NCBI GenBank assembly: GCA_021158435.1
Contig: JAGGUQ010000023.1
Span: 1 to 51,461, forward strand
From: a bacterium
GTDB taxonomy: Bacteria > Patescibacteriota > Patescibacteriia > UBA2591 > MWDC01
Length of the DNA: 51,461 nt
Direction: 5' to 3'
Shown here: positions 37,253 through 48,700 of the stretch, piece by piece
Layout: each line of letters starts with the position of its first letter
Numbering within the stretch: position 1 is the first letter of the stretch
Translations under genes and position numbers: made by a program
Notes under the pieces: model-generated
Database searches by the model: none
What the model was told of the DNA's origin: nothing
Seen by the model: the letters and a program-made list of their open reading frames with translations, nothing else

Positions 37253-38995
37253 TTATTCTTTAGTAACCCTTAAAACTTCTTCTAAGGTAGTCAAGCCTTT
37301 AAGTGCTTTAATAAAACCATCTTGAAGCATTGTTTTCATACCTTGATTAAAAGCCTCTTTTTCGATTTCCTCTAATCCTAACTTAGAAGTAATAATCTCT
37401 CTTAAATTATCTGTGCCTCTTAAAACTTCAAAAATAGCCAACCTTCCAACATACCCTTGTTGATTACAATAGCTACAACCCTTGCCTCTATAAAGGTAAA
37501 AATTTCCTGTTTTTTTATCTTTATAATCATTAAGGTTAAAATCTTTAACGCCTTTTAAAGAGTTTTCAATATGTTCAGCTATAGATTTATCAACTACATA
37601 CTTTTCTTTACATTTTGGGCAAATTTTTCTTACTAACCTCTGAGCAATTACGAAATTTAAACATGAAGACAAAAGAAATGGTTCCACCCCCATATCAATC
37701 AAACGCGGGACAGCTCCAATAGCATCATTTGTATGGAGTGTAGACAAAACTATGTGTCCAGTTAAAGCAGCATGAATTGCTAATTCTGCTGTTTCTGAAT
37801 CTCTTATTTCCCCCACCATAATAACATCAGGGTCCTGACGAACAACTGATCTTAATCCTGTAGCAAAAGTATATCCCAAATGTGGCTTAATTTGAGATTG
37901 ATTGATACCTTCAATATAATACTCTATTGGATCTTCCAAAGAAACTATATTTACTCCTATTTTATTAAGAATCTTTAAAATTGCGTAAAGAGTTGTTGTT
38001 TTACCGCTTCCAGTTGGCCCAGTAACCAGAAAAAGCCCATGAGGTTTTTTCAATTCTTCCCTAAGAGAATCTAACCCTTTTCCCCAAAATCCTAAATCCT
38101 CTAAATTAAAGATCCTTTGGCTAGGATCAAGAATTCTAATAACAACTTTTTCATTATCAAGCAAAGGTAAAGTAGAAATTCTTAAATCTACCTTTCTTCC
38201 TTTAACTTCTATTCTTGCTCTTCCATCTTGAGGGATTCTTGTTTCATCAAGTTTTAAATTAGCCATTACCTTAATTCGAGCAACAATAGCTGAATGAAGA
38301 TGCAAAGGAATATCTGAAATTTCTCTTAAAATTCCATCAATTCTATATCTAATTCTTGTTTTTTTATCAATTAAGGGTTCAATGTGTACATCTGATGCTC
38401 TATGTTCAACAGCATCTGTTAAAAAAGAATTCACCAAACGAGCAATGGGAGTAAGTTCAACTACTTTTTCCAAACCCTCTCCAACAACTTCTTCGGCCTG
38501 TTTTATTTGCTTAGCAAATCTAGCCTCAGCTTCACTTACTGCTTCTTTCACAGTGGCTCGAAGTCCTTTATACTGGACCAAAAGCTTATCAATTGCTGAC
38601 TTTGGAGCTACATAAAATTCAACCTCTAAACCCTTGTCCTTTGCTAAAAAAGTTACTGCTTCCCTAGCTTTGAAGTTTGCTGGGTCACTTAAAGCTACTT
38701 TTAAAAGATTGTCCTTTTTATCAAAAGCTACTAAATTGTAATTCTCTGCTACCTGTTGAGGAATAATTTTTAATATAGACAAGGGAATGGTTAAATTATA
38801 AATGTCAGCTACTGGAACATTAAATAATTGGCTCTTCAAATTAGTTATTTCATCCTCTGAAACAAGTGAATTTGAAAGCAGGTATTCTTCAACGCTTAAA
38901 CCCTGTTTTTCTGCTTGTTTTAAAATTTCCTGAGCACTCTCTTCAGAAAACCTTCCTTGCTTAACAAAAAAATTTAATATTTTATCACTAATCAT
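37253..38995 (-). CDS. pilB: Type IV pilus assembly ATPase PilB (GspE family)
   Basis: Contains an N-terminal GSPII domain, GPTGSGKTTTLYA, DPDVIMVGEIRD, GHIVLSTLHTND and a tetracysteine motif (CPKC...CSYC). Confidence 0.9.
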   Translation of the reverse strand: MISDKILNFFVKQGRFSEESAQEILKQAEKQGLSVEEYLLSNSLVSEDEITNLKSQLFNVPVADIYNLTIPLSILKIIPQQVAENYNLVAFDKKDNLLKVALSDPANFKAREAVTFLAKDKGLEVEFYVAPKSAIDKLLVQYKGLRATVKEAVSEAEARFAKQIKQAEEVVGEGLEKVVELTPIARLVNSFLTDAVEHRASDVHIEPLIDKKTRIRYRIDGILREISDIPLHLHSAIVARIKVMANLKLDETRIPQDGRARIEVKGRKVDLRISTLPLLDNEKVVIRILDPSQRIFNLEDLGFWGKGLDSLREELKKPHGLFLVTGPTGSGKTTTLYAILKILNKIGVNIVSLEDPIEYYIEGINQSQIKPHLGYTFATGLRSVVRQDPDVIMVGEIRDSETAELAIHAALTGHIVLSTLHTNDAIGAVPRLIDMGVEPFLLSSCLNFVIAQRLVRKICPKCKEKYVVDKSIAEHIENSLKGVKDFNLNDYKDKKTGNFYLYRGKGCSYCNQQGYVGRLAIFEVLRGTDNLREIITSKLGLEEIEKEAFNQGMKTMLQDGFIKALKGLTTLEEVLRVTKE

Positions 38996-39003
38996 AAAAA
39001 TTT

Positions 39004-39330
39004 CTAAAATGGAGCAAATGGATTGGGCCGACCTTTCCCTTCTGGTAAATCTACTTTAAAATATTTTTCTTTATATTCCAATTTTTGGAAAAGGGGATTA
39101 TTTAAGACCTGTTCAATTTCATCAACATTAGGTACAGGTAAGTCCAAAAAAACAGGATAAACTAATGGCTGAATTTCCTGCTCTTGTGACTCTACTTCAC
39201 TTTTAAGATAAATAAAAAGCATTGCTAAAAACAAAAAAACTACAGCTATACCTATAATTAGGGAAGCTAAAACCCTTTTACTTTTTAAAGAAAAACGTTC
39301 TACTTTTTTTGCTTGCTCTTCTTGTTCCAT
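39004..39330 (-). CDS. Small single-pass membrane protein in the pilus operon (PilP-like position)
   Basis: One TM helix (LIIGIAVVFLFLAMLFIYL) and a C-terminal GRPNPFAPF motif. Confidence 0.45.
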   Translation of the reverse strand: MEQEEQAKKVERFSLKSKRVLASLIIGIAVVFLFLAMLFIYLKSEVESQEQEIQPLVYPVFLDLPVPNVDEIEQVLNNPLFQKLEYKEKYFKVDLPEGKGRPNPFAPF

Positions 39331-39331
39331 T

Positions 39332-39886
39332 TTAATCTAAATAATATGTTTTTATTGTTAAATTACAAGATTCTCCTGCCCCAGAAAAACTTAACCCAGT
39401 AATATCCATAATTCTAATACTATTTTCTATGGTTGAAAGCAAATTTTTAAAAGATTGATAATCTCCTCCGCTAAGGCTTAAATTAACCAGATAAGTTCCA
39501 TTTTCAAAACTAAAAGAAATACTATTTACCTTATAATTATTATCTGTTGCAATTAAATAAAAAGTATTAATTAACTCAGGAATATTTAATTCTGAAGCCA
39601 TAACATCATCTAATTTTGAAAGCGCCCTTTGATCCAACTTAGCTACTTTTGCTTCCATTTGTTTCAGTCCACTTAAATATTCCTTTTCTTTTGTTAAAAG
39701 TTCCTGATAAAAACCTACATCCAATTCTCCTTTATTTGTTGTCTTTTTTAGAATCGGATTTATAAAAATAAGATATTCCAAAGCTAAAACTAAAATTAGA
39801 AAGCCAATAAGAATATGGCGGTAGTAAAAGAAAATAATATACTTAATATTCTTTTTCTTGAATTGTTTTTGAGTAATCCTTGGCAT
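39332..39886 (-). CDS. pilO: PilO-like pilus assembly protein
   Basis: N-terminal TM helix, a coiled-coil segment, then an alpha/beta C-terminal domain. It lies directly after pilN. Confidence 0.5.
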   Translation of the reverse strand: MPRITQKQFKKKNIKYIIFFYYRHILIGFLILVLALEYLIFINPILKKTTNKGELDVGFYQELLTKEKEYLSGLKQMEAKVAKLDQRALSKLDDVMASELNIPELINTFYLIATDNNYKVNSISFSFENGTYLVNLSLSGGDYQSFKNLLSTIENSIRIMDITGLSFSGAGESCNLTIKTYYLD

Positions 39887-39894
39887 TGTTAAAG

Positions 39895-40866
39895 TTATAT
39901 TCCTTTAAATATATCTTCAACCAATTCAATTTCTAAAGCAAAGTTAGCTTGCTCATCAAAAGTAACCCCTGAAATTTCTACCTTTTTAATAAAATCACTT
40001 GCTTGAGAAAAAACAAGTAATTGTTTAATAACTGTTGGGATGTCTTTTGCTGTACCATATAAATGTAAAGTACCACTTGTATCAGCAGAAAAATCCCCCC
40101 AGGACACCTCAGGCAATGTATACTTCTCTAAATAATAAAAAATTTTTGTCCAATAAATATGATTCTCTAAAAGAGTGTCAACATGGGTAGATTTTTCCTG
40201 CAATCTTTTTACCTCGCTCCTTTTAGGCAGCAAAGCCTTAATTTTTGATTCTATTGAATTTATTTCCGACCGATATAGTAAAGATTGACTAATTGCTTTT
40301 TGCTGATATAAAGATAGAACAAGATAAATTATTAAAGATACAGAAAGAATTATAATTATTCCTGTAATAAAAAGAAAAATTCTTTCCTTAACTAATCGGG
40401 GAATAGGAATTTCTTTTTCTGGCATTAAAGTAACTTCTGGAATTTCTGTTTTAGACAAAACAGTTGGCTTTTTCTCTTTAAAAACAAAAAATTCAGACTC
40501 TTGTTTTTGTTTTTGTTCTTGCGATTTTTTTTCATCGATTCTCTTTTTAGCTTGCTCTTCTTTTTCCTTTTTTTCAACTTTTTCCTCTGCTTTTTCTTTT
40601 TGTTCCTTTTGAACTTCTTTCTGTTCTTGTTTTTGCTCAAATTCCTGTTGGGGTTGAGATTGTAGTTTTTTCTGCTCCTGCTTTTTTATTTCTTGTTCTG
40701 GTTTATTCTTTAATGACTTTTCTATTTTTTCCTTTTTTTGAAAAATTTTTGGTAAGCGAAAACTAAAACGTGAACTCTTTTTCTGAGATTTTACTTCTTT
40801 CTCAGGTAATTTTTCTGAAGAAGTTCTTCTTTTTGTTTTGCCTTGTTCAGGAAGTAAATTAATCAT
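39895..40866 (-). CDS. pilN: PilN-like pilus assembly protein with a spacer of about 150 aa rich in K/E/Q
   Basis: Starts MINLLPEQ, the PilM-binding INLLP peptide. A single TM helix (IFLFITGIIIILSVSLIIYLVLSLY) begins only around residue 163. It lies directly after pilM. Confidence 0.65.
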   Translation of the reverse strand: MINLLPEQGKTKRRTSSEKLPEKEVKSQKKSSRFSFRLPKIFQKKEKIEKSLKNKPEQEIKKQEQKKLQSQPQQEFEQKQEQKEVQKEQKEKAEEKVEKKEKEEQAKKRIDEKKSQEQKQKQESEFFVFKEKKPTVLSKTEIPEVTLMPEKEIPIPRLVKERIFLFITGIIIILSVSLIIYLVLSLYQQKAISQSLLYRSEINSIESKIKALLPKRSEVKRLQEKSTHVDTLLENHIYWTKIFYYLEKYTLPEVSWGDFSADTSGTLHLYGTAKDIPTVIKQLLVFSQASDFIKKVEISGVTFDEQANFALEIELVEDIFKGI

Positions 40867-40876
40867 AAAAAATTAA

Positions 40877-41905
40877 TTAATCAATTTCTCTTAAAGCTAA
40901 ACCAATAGCCACAGAAAAACGCGGGGCAATTTCAGTAAGCACAGGCTCTAATTCTTGAGGGTAGGCAATTCTATCCCAAGGGTTACCAATAAAAACTTTA
41001 ATTCCCAAATTCTGAGAAAGAAAAGTGTCGAAATTTGGCAAATAAGACGAACCCCCTGAAAGAATAGCTTTTGTTACTGTCTTGCCTGTTTGAGATTGAT
41101 AAAGATTAAGAGAGTATTTTACTTCATCAACAACTGGTTTTAAAATATCCTGAATTATTTGAGGCACTTTTGTATTCCCTAAAATATCAATATCCCTTTT
41201 AAATTGTTCAGCTCGATGAAAATCAATATTTAAACAATTAGCAATTGACTTGGTAATTGTTAATCCTCCTACATCAATCGAACGATTAAGAATGGGTATC
41301 CCTTTTTCAAAAATAATCACATCTGTTGTTAAAGCTGAACTATCAATTATCATTGCTACTTCTTCGTCCTTTGACAAAAGGGAACGAGACAAAGCAAAAG
41401 ATTCTGTTTCCAAAGAAAGCAATTGCAAATCCGCTTTTTTAAACAATTCTACATATCTCTCAACCAGTTTTTTTGAAGCTACTGTTAAAAGAATTCGATA
41501 ATTCTTTTTGGTTTCAGTCTTTATAGTTTCAACAATCTTCCAGTCTAAAACTACATCTTCCAAAGCCATAGGGATTATTTTCTTTGCCTCCCATTGAATG
41601 GCCTGAACTAAATCTTTCTCGCTCATTACTGGTAAAACGATCACTGAAGTAAAAACTGAAAAATTAGGAAGAGCAGTTGATGCCTGATAACTTATTGCTC
41701 CTGATTTTTTATAAATTTCTTTGAGAAAAGCAGCTGTTTTATGAGTTATTTCTGAAGAGTCATTTTTAGCTAAATCTGAAAGCTTTCTGTCCCCATAACC
41801 ATAGGTAACCAGATAAGGAATGTTCCCTTTTTTGGTTAATTCAACCAATTTAATACTTGTTGATCCAATATCTACCCCTAAAAAACTCTTTTGCTTTTTA
41901 AACAT
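40877..41905 (-). CDS. pilM: Type IV pilus assembly protein PilM (actin-like ATPase fold)
   Basis: Contains GVDIGSTSIKLVEL and a C-terminal LSGGSS motif. It is the first gene of the operon. Confidence 0.85.
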   Translation of the reverse strand: MFKKQKSFLGVDIGSTSIKLVELTKKGNIPYLVTYGYGDRKLSDLAKNDSSEITHKTAAFLKEIYKKSGAISYQASTALPNFSVFTSVIVLPVMSEKDLVQAIQWEAKKIIPMALEDVVLDWKIVETIKTETKKNYRILLTVASKKLVERYVELFKKADLQLLSLETESFALSRSLLSKDEEVAMIIDSSALTTDVIIFEKGIPILNRSIDVGGLTITKSIANCLNIDFHRAEQFKRDIDILGNTKVPQIIQDILKPVVDEVKYSLNLYQSQTGKTVTKAILSGGSSYLPNFDTFLSQNLGIKVFIGNPWDRIAYPQELEPVLTEIAPRFSVAIGLALREID

Positions 41906-41992
41906 AAAAATTAGAAAGTATTCTCTACCTATAATATATAACTAAACTATTTATTTATTATAGCACTAAAATTTAATTTAATAAATAGGTAA

Positions 41993-42694
41993 ATGAAATT
42001 AATTAAAACAATAAAAAATTTTCTTTTCCCAGTCCATTGTTTAGGATGTAACAAAAAGGGGGATTATCTTTGTCCTGATTGCCTAAATAAGATCACTTTA
42101 ATTTCCCATAACTTCTGTCCCAAGTGTTTAAAAATCTCCTCTAATGGAAGATTATGTCCTAATTGTAAAAATTCTTCTTTTCCTGTTGAAAAAATAATTA
42201 TTTCTCTTTATTACTCAAATCCTTTGGTCGCTGAGTTAATAAAAAAATACAAGTTTTTTCCTTTTGCCTATGAACTAGCTAAACCATTAGGTTTACTTCT
42301 TAGTAAAGCTATTAAGGAAACAAATGCTCTATCTTACCTTCAAAAAGAAAATTTTAAAATTATTCCTGTCCCTTTAACTAAAAAAGATAAAGCAAAACGA
42401 GGATTTAACCAAACATATGAACTAGCAAAAATAGTTTCTCAAGAGCTAAACTTGCCAATTTCCGAAAACACGATTTTTAAAATAAAGACAACAAAACCTC
42501 AAGTTGGCTTAAACGCTCAACAAAGAAAAAACAATTTAAAGAATGCTTTCCAGGTAAAAAAGAATCTAAATCAAGAAAATTTCCTTATTATTGATGACAT
42601 TATCACAACTGGCTCAACTGTTTATCAAGTTGCCAAAACTCTTAAAAATAAAGGAGCAAATCAAATCTGGGCAGCGATTTTAGCAAAAGGCTAA
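41993..42694 (+). CDS. comF: ComF-family phosphoribosyltransferase (competence protein ComFC-like)
   Basis: N-terminal double CxxC zinc ribbons (CLGC...CPDC, CPKC...CPNC) and the PRT motif FLIIDDIITTGST. Confidence 0.8.
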   Translation: MKLIKTIKNFLFPVHCLGCNKKGDYLCPDCLNKITLISHNFCPKCLKISSNGRLCPNCKNSSFPVEKIIISLYYSNPLVAELIKKYKFFPFAYELAKPLGLLLSKAIKETNALSYLQKENFKIIPVPLTKKDKAKRGFNQTYELAKIVSQELNLPISENTIFKIKTTKPQVGLNAQQRKNNLKNAFQVKKNLNQENFLIIDDIITTGSTVYQVAKTLKNKGANQIWAAILAKG

Positions 42695-42745
42695 TCTTTT
42701 TTAAAGATAACAAAAAAATAATCAAAATACAACCCACAAACAAGA

Positions 42746-42775
42746 GGACCTTAAATTAAGGCCCCCTTATTTTCT
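42746..42775. terminator. Possible bidirectional terminator between the convergent comF and giant genes
   Basis: A hairpin gg(a)cctta-aat-taaggcc flanked by T-rich sequence on both strands. Confidence 0.3.
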
Positions 42776-42794
42776 AAATAAACTTCTATTAGAA

Positions 42795-45700
42795 CTAGTA
42801 ATCAAAAACTGCTGCTCTAAAAGGACTAACCAGACAAGATTCTATTTGGTCAATTATTTCGCCTGTTTCATATGTTTCTGTCTTTTCTATGGTAATAATC
42901 CTTTCTTTTTTATAGCCATTTTTAACAAACACATCCCAAGAGATAAACGGTCTTTTTTTACTATCTTTTATTAAATAAACTGTTGGTGAATCTTTATATT
43001 TTACCAATGAGCCATCTGGATGAATGTCTGAACTGTCTATTTCTTCACCTAATGGATACTGAAACTTTGAAAGCAAATCATCGGGAATCCAAGCTACAAA
43101 ATTCCATTCAGGGTCATTAAATAATTCTTGATAAATCTTTTCTGATTTTATCGGACGAAGCTTGCCGTTTTCTACAAAAAATACAGCAGAAGATTCTTTG
43201 CCATACAAAGATTTAGTTGTCCCACGGAATAAGGAGCCATCACGGAAAGGAACAGGGTCTCCTTCTTTGTAACTATTAAGCGTCTGAGGGCTAATAGTCT
43301 TTACAACTGAATAATCAGGACTATATCCCCAAGAGTGATAAACACTATAATGAGGAAAAACATGCTTCTCTCCTCCAGCAATAAGCCAAACAGCTGGACT
43401 ATCTTTTGTTTTTACCAAATCTCCTTCTGTCAAGGGAAGACTAACCACTTCTTCTTCTAAGAAAATATCATCACTTACAATATTTGAAATTGTATAATCC
43501 TTACTCATAAATTTGGCATAAACTGTCTTTTGCCCATCTCCAATTGAAAGCACCCAGGTCTTTGTTTCTGAATAATCTTCCCATTCTCTTCCTAAAAATT
43601 CAGGCTCATTAGAAATCATCATCCATTTAGCATTTTCTGCTTGAATGGTTAATTCAACTGTCCTAGAAATAGTTTTCTCATCACCATTATTAATCAAAAT
43701 ACTCAAATTTTTCGGTGGATTATATCTTGTTGAAGGAGGAGGTGGAGCACTAGTTGAACCTTCTTCTTCCCCCTGAGATCCCTCTTCATTTGTTCTCCCG
43801 CCAGTTAACCCGCCAGAAGTAAAGTGGTCTGTAGTTACAATAAATACATTATTCTCTGTATCTTGAGTAACCGATTTCCAATTTTCCCAAGTATTAGTAG
43901 TTTCATTAAAATACCTTGACCTCAGTTGATTCTCAGTATAACCTGCTGACTGAACTAAATCCTCATCATAAGGAATAATAATTTGTATATCACTATTAAA
44001 ATTAGAAATTATTCTTCCATTAGCATCTGTTGCTTCAAAATCATAAACAATACCTAATGGTTTTTCTTTAGAATCTGGCTGTGCCTGAATTTTGGGTGTA
44101 ATAGAAACAGTAACTGTTCCTGAACTAGCCAAAGCTCCAGCAGGAATATTTACTTCTAACCCATCAGACAGAATTATAGTCTTGCTTGTAGCAGCATCAA
44201 AAGAAACAGTTCTTGCTTCTGGTACATCAACATTTTTTGCCTCTAAAATAAGATTTACTGTATTCGTTCCTTCTCTTGTTTCAACTGTTGTTTCATCACT
44301 TTCATATAAAAGGTTGTCTATTTTTGTAACTGCACTAACATACCAAGTGTCATTAGCGCTCACATTTAAAGAATAAGATCCATCCGCTGAGTAAGTACCT
44401 GTTGCCCCACCATTTTCTGACCAAGCACGAATATAACAAGATTGTAGCTCACCATCAAGGGTAATATTCCCTGAAATTGTTGCTGAGGCAGTTTTGAAAC
44501 TTAAATTATTGCCAGTTTTTGTCTGCCCACTGCCAACAGTTACTGTTAGTAAATCTGGATTTATTAATTCTCTTGTATCCCATGGAGGAAGCCCTGCTCC
44601 AATCTTATATGTCCCGGCTGGCACATTTAATGTATAATTTCCTTCTGCATCAGTAAAAGCTCCCAAACCTAAATGAGGTTTATTAATATCTTCTAGGGCT
44701 TGTGCCCCATAATCAACAAAAACCCAAACATTTTCCATTGGCTGACCATCAGGATCTAGCACCTTTCCTGAAATGCTTGAATCTAATTTCTCGAGCTTAA
44801 AATTCTGGGTAATAGTCTCTCCAGCAGTAATACTTAAAGAAACCTCTCTTTCACTTGCTATATATTTATCTGAGCTAGAACTTAAATTAGGATCAACCCA
44901 GACATCTACATACCAAGATCCTGGCGACAAATCAAGGGTATAAAAACCATCAGAATTTGATTCTGTCATTTGCCATGCTCCATTCGAACGGTGAGCATTA
45001 ATAAACGCACTTATACCTGAGACTTCTTCGCCAGAATCATAAGAGTTATTATTATTCTTATCCACATATAAATATCCCTGAACAGTTGCATTGTTTTCAT
45101 CAACTACTAATTCCACTTCCTGATCATTACCACTAACAACCTGAATAACTTTGGTTTGTTTTAAAGTATAAGAAGATCCTGGGGGACAATTCAAGCCAAT
45201 CTCATATTCACGAGGAGAGCTTTCTGTTCCTCCTGGAATCTTAATCTCTGTATAACCATTAATTAAAACTCCGCCTTGAAAACCCTCTTTTCTCATACCA
45301 CCTCCAAACACATCACTCATTTCACCACCCTCATCCATAAGACCCCCTTTTATCATCATATCCTCCATTGGCTTGCCAAAATCTATCATATTATTAGCTG
45401 AATTATCCTTAACCCAGACTGCTCCCCAGAAATCTTCTACTCTCTCGCCTTGTGAATTTACCACACTAACCTTTAAAGTAGTATCCGCAATTTGCAGTAC
45501 AAAATTATTATTTGTAGATATTTCGTTTTTCTTTACACTTATCTCCAGAGGTCCTCCTTGGTATACATATTTATCGCTCATTGGCGTCACCATTATTCCC
45601 CAAGTCCCCTGATTAACTAACAAATCATAAGCTCCTGTTTGAGAGTCAGTAAAAGTATTTGCCCAACCAGGTCCATCAATTTGCCAAGCATTAATCATCA

Positions 45701-48700
45701 CTCCACCTATGGCATTCCCTGTACTATCAGTAACAGATCCTCTAATATGGGCAGATCTGGATTTAAGATATAATGTGCCAATATTAGTTGTCTGGCCGCT
45801 TAATGCTTTCACTTTAACTAAATTAGGGGCCCCATAATCAGCAGTCATTGCACTAACAGTCACTTCATAATTTCCAGCAGGAACCTTAATCAAAAATTTC
45901 CCGTTAGAATCTGTTTCATCTCCATTACCAGGCATATGCCCTCTATTAGCTTGAACCCAAGCATTAGCTACAGCAGTTCCATCAGGCAATTTAACATAAC
46001 CAGTTATTATTGCATCTGTTTCTTCTACTTTAAAATCTAAACCAGAACCAACCACTGTTGCTGTGTTGTCTTCCAACGCACAATCATCTACCGAGCCTTT
46101 ACATTCTTTGTTAGAATTAGAAGCAAAATTAATCTTGCTTGGAGGAAAAGTATAAACCCAATCTGGGTTAACATTACTCCAATCAGGACTAACATTAACC
46201 CACCATGAACCACTTGATAACTTTAAGACATATTTACCATTCTCATCAGTTGTTGTTTCAAAAAATCCTCCACCCATATCATGATTAGCATAAACTTTGG
46301 CTCCAAAAACAGGCGTATCTATCCCGCTATCAAAGCTATTATTATCATTCACATCTTTATAAACATATCCAATAAGTGTTTTTAGGGGAGTAGTTAAAGT
46401 TATTTTATTATTTGTCAAAACAGAACCATCTTTTAAGATGTTCCCCACTCCATTCTGGATTTTAACACTTAGCCCTGATGGCGCTGCATAAGCTTGTTCT
46501 GTGCCCCAGGGCATATTAATTTCAATTTGGTATGTCCCGTCAGGCAAACCACCTATTCTAAAATAACCATTTTCATCTGTATTTGAACCTGCTTGGTTTG
46601 TCCATGATTGATCATAAACCATTACCCAACAATTACTTATTGGCTTATCATCAGGGCTAACAATCTGTCCTCTTAAAACAGGAATACTCACTCTTAAAGC
46701 TTTTGTTGGGTCAGGTAAGTTAGTAGAAGTACCCAACAAAGAATCTAAATCACATATCCCATCAGTGGGGTCACTATCATTGCTTCCATTATAGCTACAC
46801 TCATCCGCTAGACCATCATTATCTAGGTCAGTCAAAGTAATTCCTGTATATGTTTTCCTTGAATAAACACTTCCCCATCCTGGTTCAACTTCCAAAATAT
46901 AATTTGTTCCTGCCTTAACTCCCCCAAAAACAAACCTACCATTATCATCTGTGCTTGCTCCATACCATTTATTACCTGCTTCTACCCCTCCTTCCTTAAA
47001 AAGATTAACCCAACCTCTTTGGATAGGTTGATTTGGATTGGGATTAACTAAACTGTCTTGTCCTGCCTCTAATACAGGACTATAAATATGACCAATGATA
47101 TTTGGCGAACTTAAAAATAAAACAATATTTCTATTTTCAAAATTGGTTTCATCAACAAGCACTGAATTGTCACTGTTTATTGTAATCTGATAGGTTTTTC
47201 TAGCATAATCACTAGACCCCCAAGGGTCTATTTCAATCTCATATACCCCTGATAAAACTTCTCCAAAAGCAAATTCTCCTGACTCATTTGTCTGACTCCA
47301 TCTAAAATCAGTTGTACTATTTAATGGTCTTAAATTTACGCCAACATTTGCCTGAGGATGCTCACAATCCAACGAATCTCCAGGAGCACAAACCTTTCCT
47401 TTTAACCCTCCTTCTGAAGGGTCAACTAAACGAAGAACAATATCTCCTGAAACAGGGGTACCATCCAAACTTACTGGTATACCATTGCTAATAACCAAAG
47501 TCTTGTTAGCTGGTGCAGTAAAAACGCTACTCCAAGAATCAACATAAAGACTAACCCTCCAAGTCCCATCAGGGACAATGCCGATTGCGAAATAACCATT
47601 ATTATTCGTATTATCACCGTAACATATTCCTGGATTTTGACTGGGGCAAATTTCAACCCAAACATTACTTTGACCTTCACTTCCAGAAGGACCAAAAACA
47701 TAACCTTTTACATTGGGTTCTGATAAAGAAATATCTTCTAAAATATTTTCTGTCTCTGAAGAAATTTCCACTTCTCCTTGATATCTTGAATAAGAAGAAT
47801 TTTCTCCTGGATCAACCTCTAATGTATATTTCCCAATGCCTACCCCGCCAAATCTAAATTTTCCATTCTCATCTGTAGAGGTTTCATAACGCAAAGACTC
47901 TCTGTAAAGACTAACCCAAGCATTAGGAACAGGAGACCCACCAGCTAAAACCCTCCCAAAAACATTAGGAATTGAAATCCTTAGCGCTTGATTCTGAGCC
48001 TGATCATCATAATTAAAATTAGTAATTTTTGTTTCGCTGTTATAACCATTAGCTTCAGGTCCTATTTTCAATCCACTAATTCTTGTTCGAGCATAACTTG
48101 AAAACTCACCACTATATGGAGGCTCAATTTCTAAAATATAGTTTTCTCCTTGAGGTGCTCCTCCAAAGTAAAATATGCCATTCTCATCTGTTTGAGTCCA
48201 CTGTTCATAGCTCCAATCTTGTGTATGTAAACATACATTAGCATAAGGCACTACAGTATCAGGATAAGGATTACTCTCTGTCTCATTACCAGGTGGAGTT
48301 TTTATTGTTCCAGTTACATTTATTTGAGTCAAATAGATATTAATATCTGTTTTTATTTCCCCTGGATCAAGAACTTGATCATAACCACCAGAAACACTTG
48401 GTTTATAATTCAAAACATAATTATGATAATCCGACGGTTCTGCTTCAATTCCTAAAGTAATCGAACTTGTTCCACTGTTATCAACATAAATTCTAAATGA
48501 ACCATCTTTTCCAGTTATTGCTTTTTGCTCTATTGACCAATCATATTTATAAACTCTAACTATTGCTCCCTCTAAAACACCACTTCCTTGTTCAGCTGGC
48601 GCTTTAACATAGCCAGAAATAGTTGCCGTCTTAAATTGCTTTGTTCCTAAATTAACTACATCTCCTAAATTTACTGAAACTTTACTCACTTCTGATGGAG

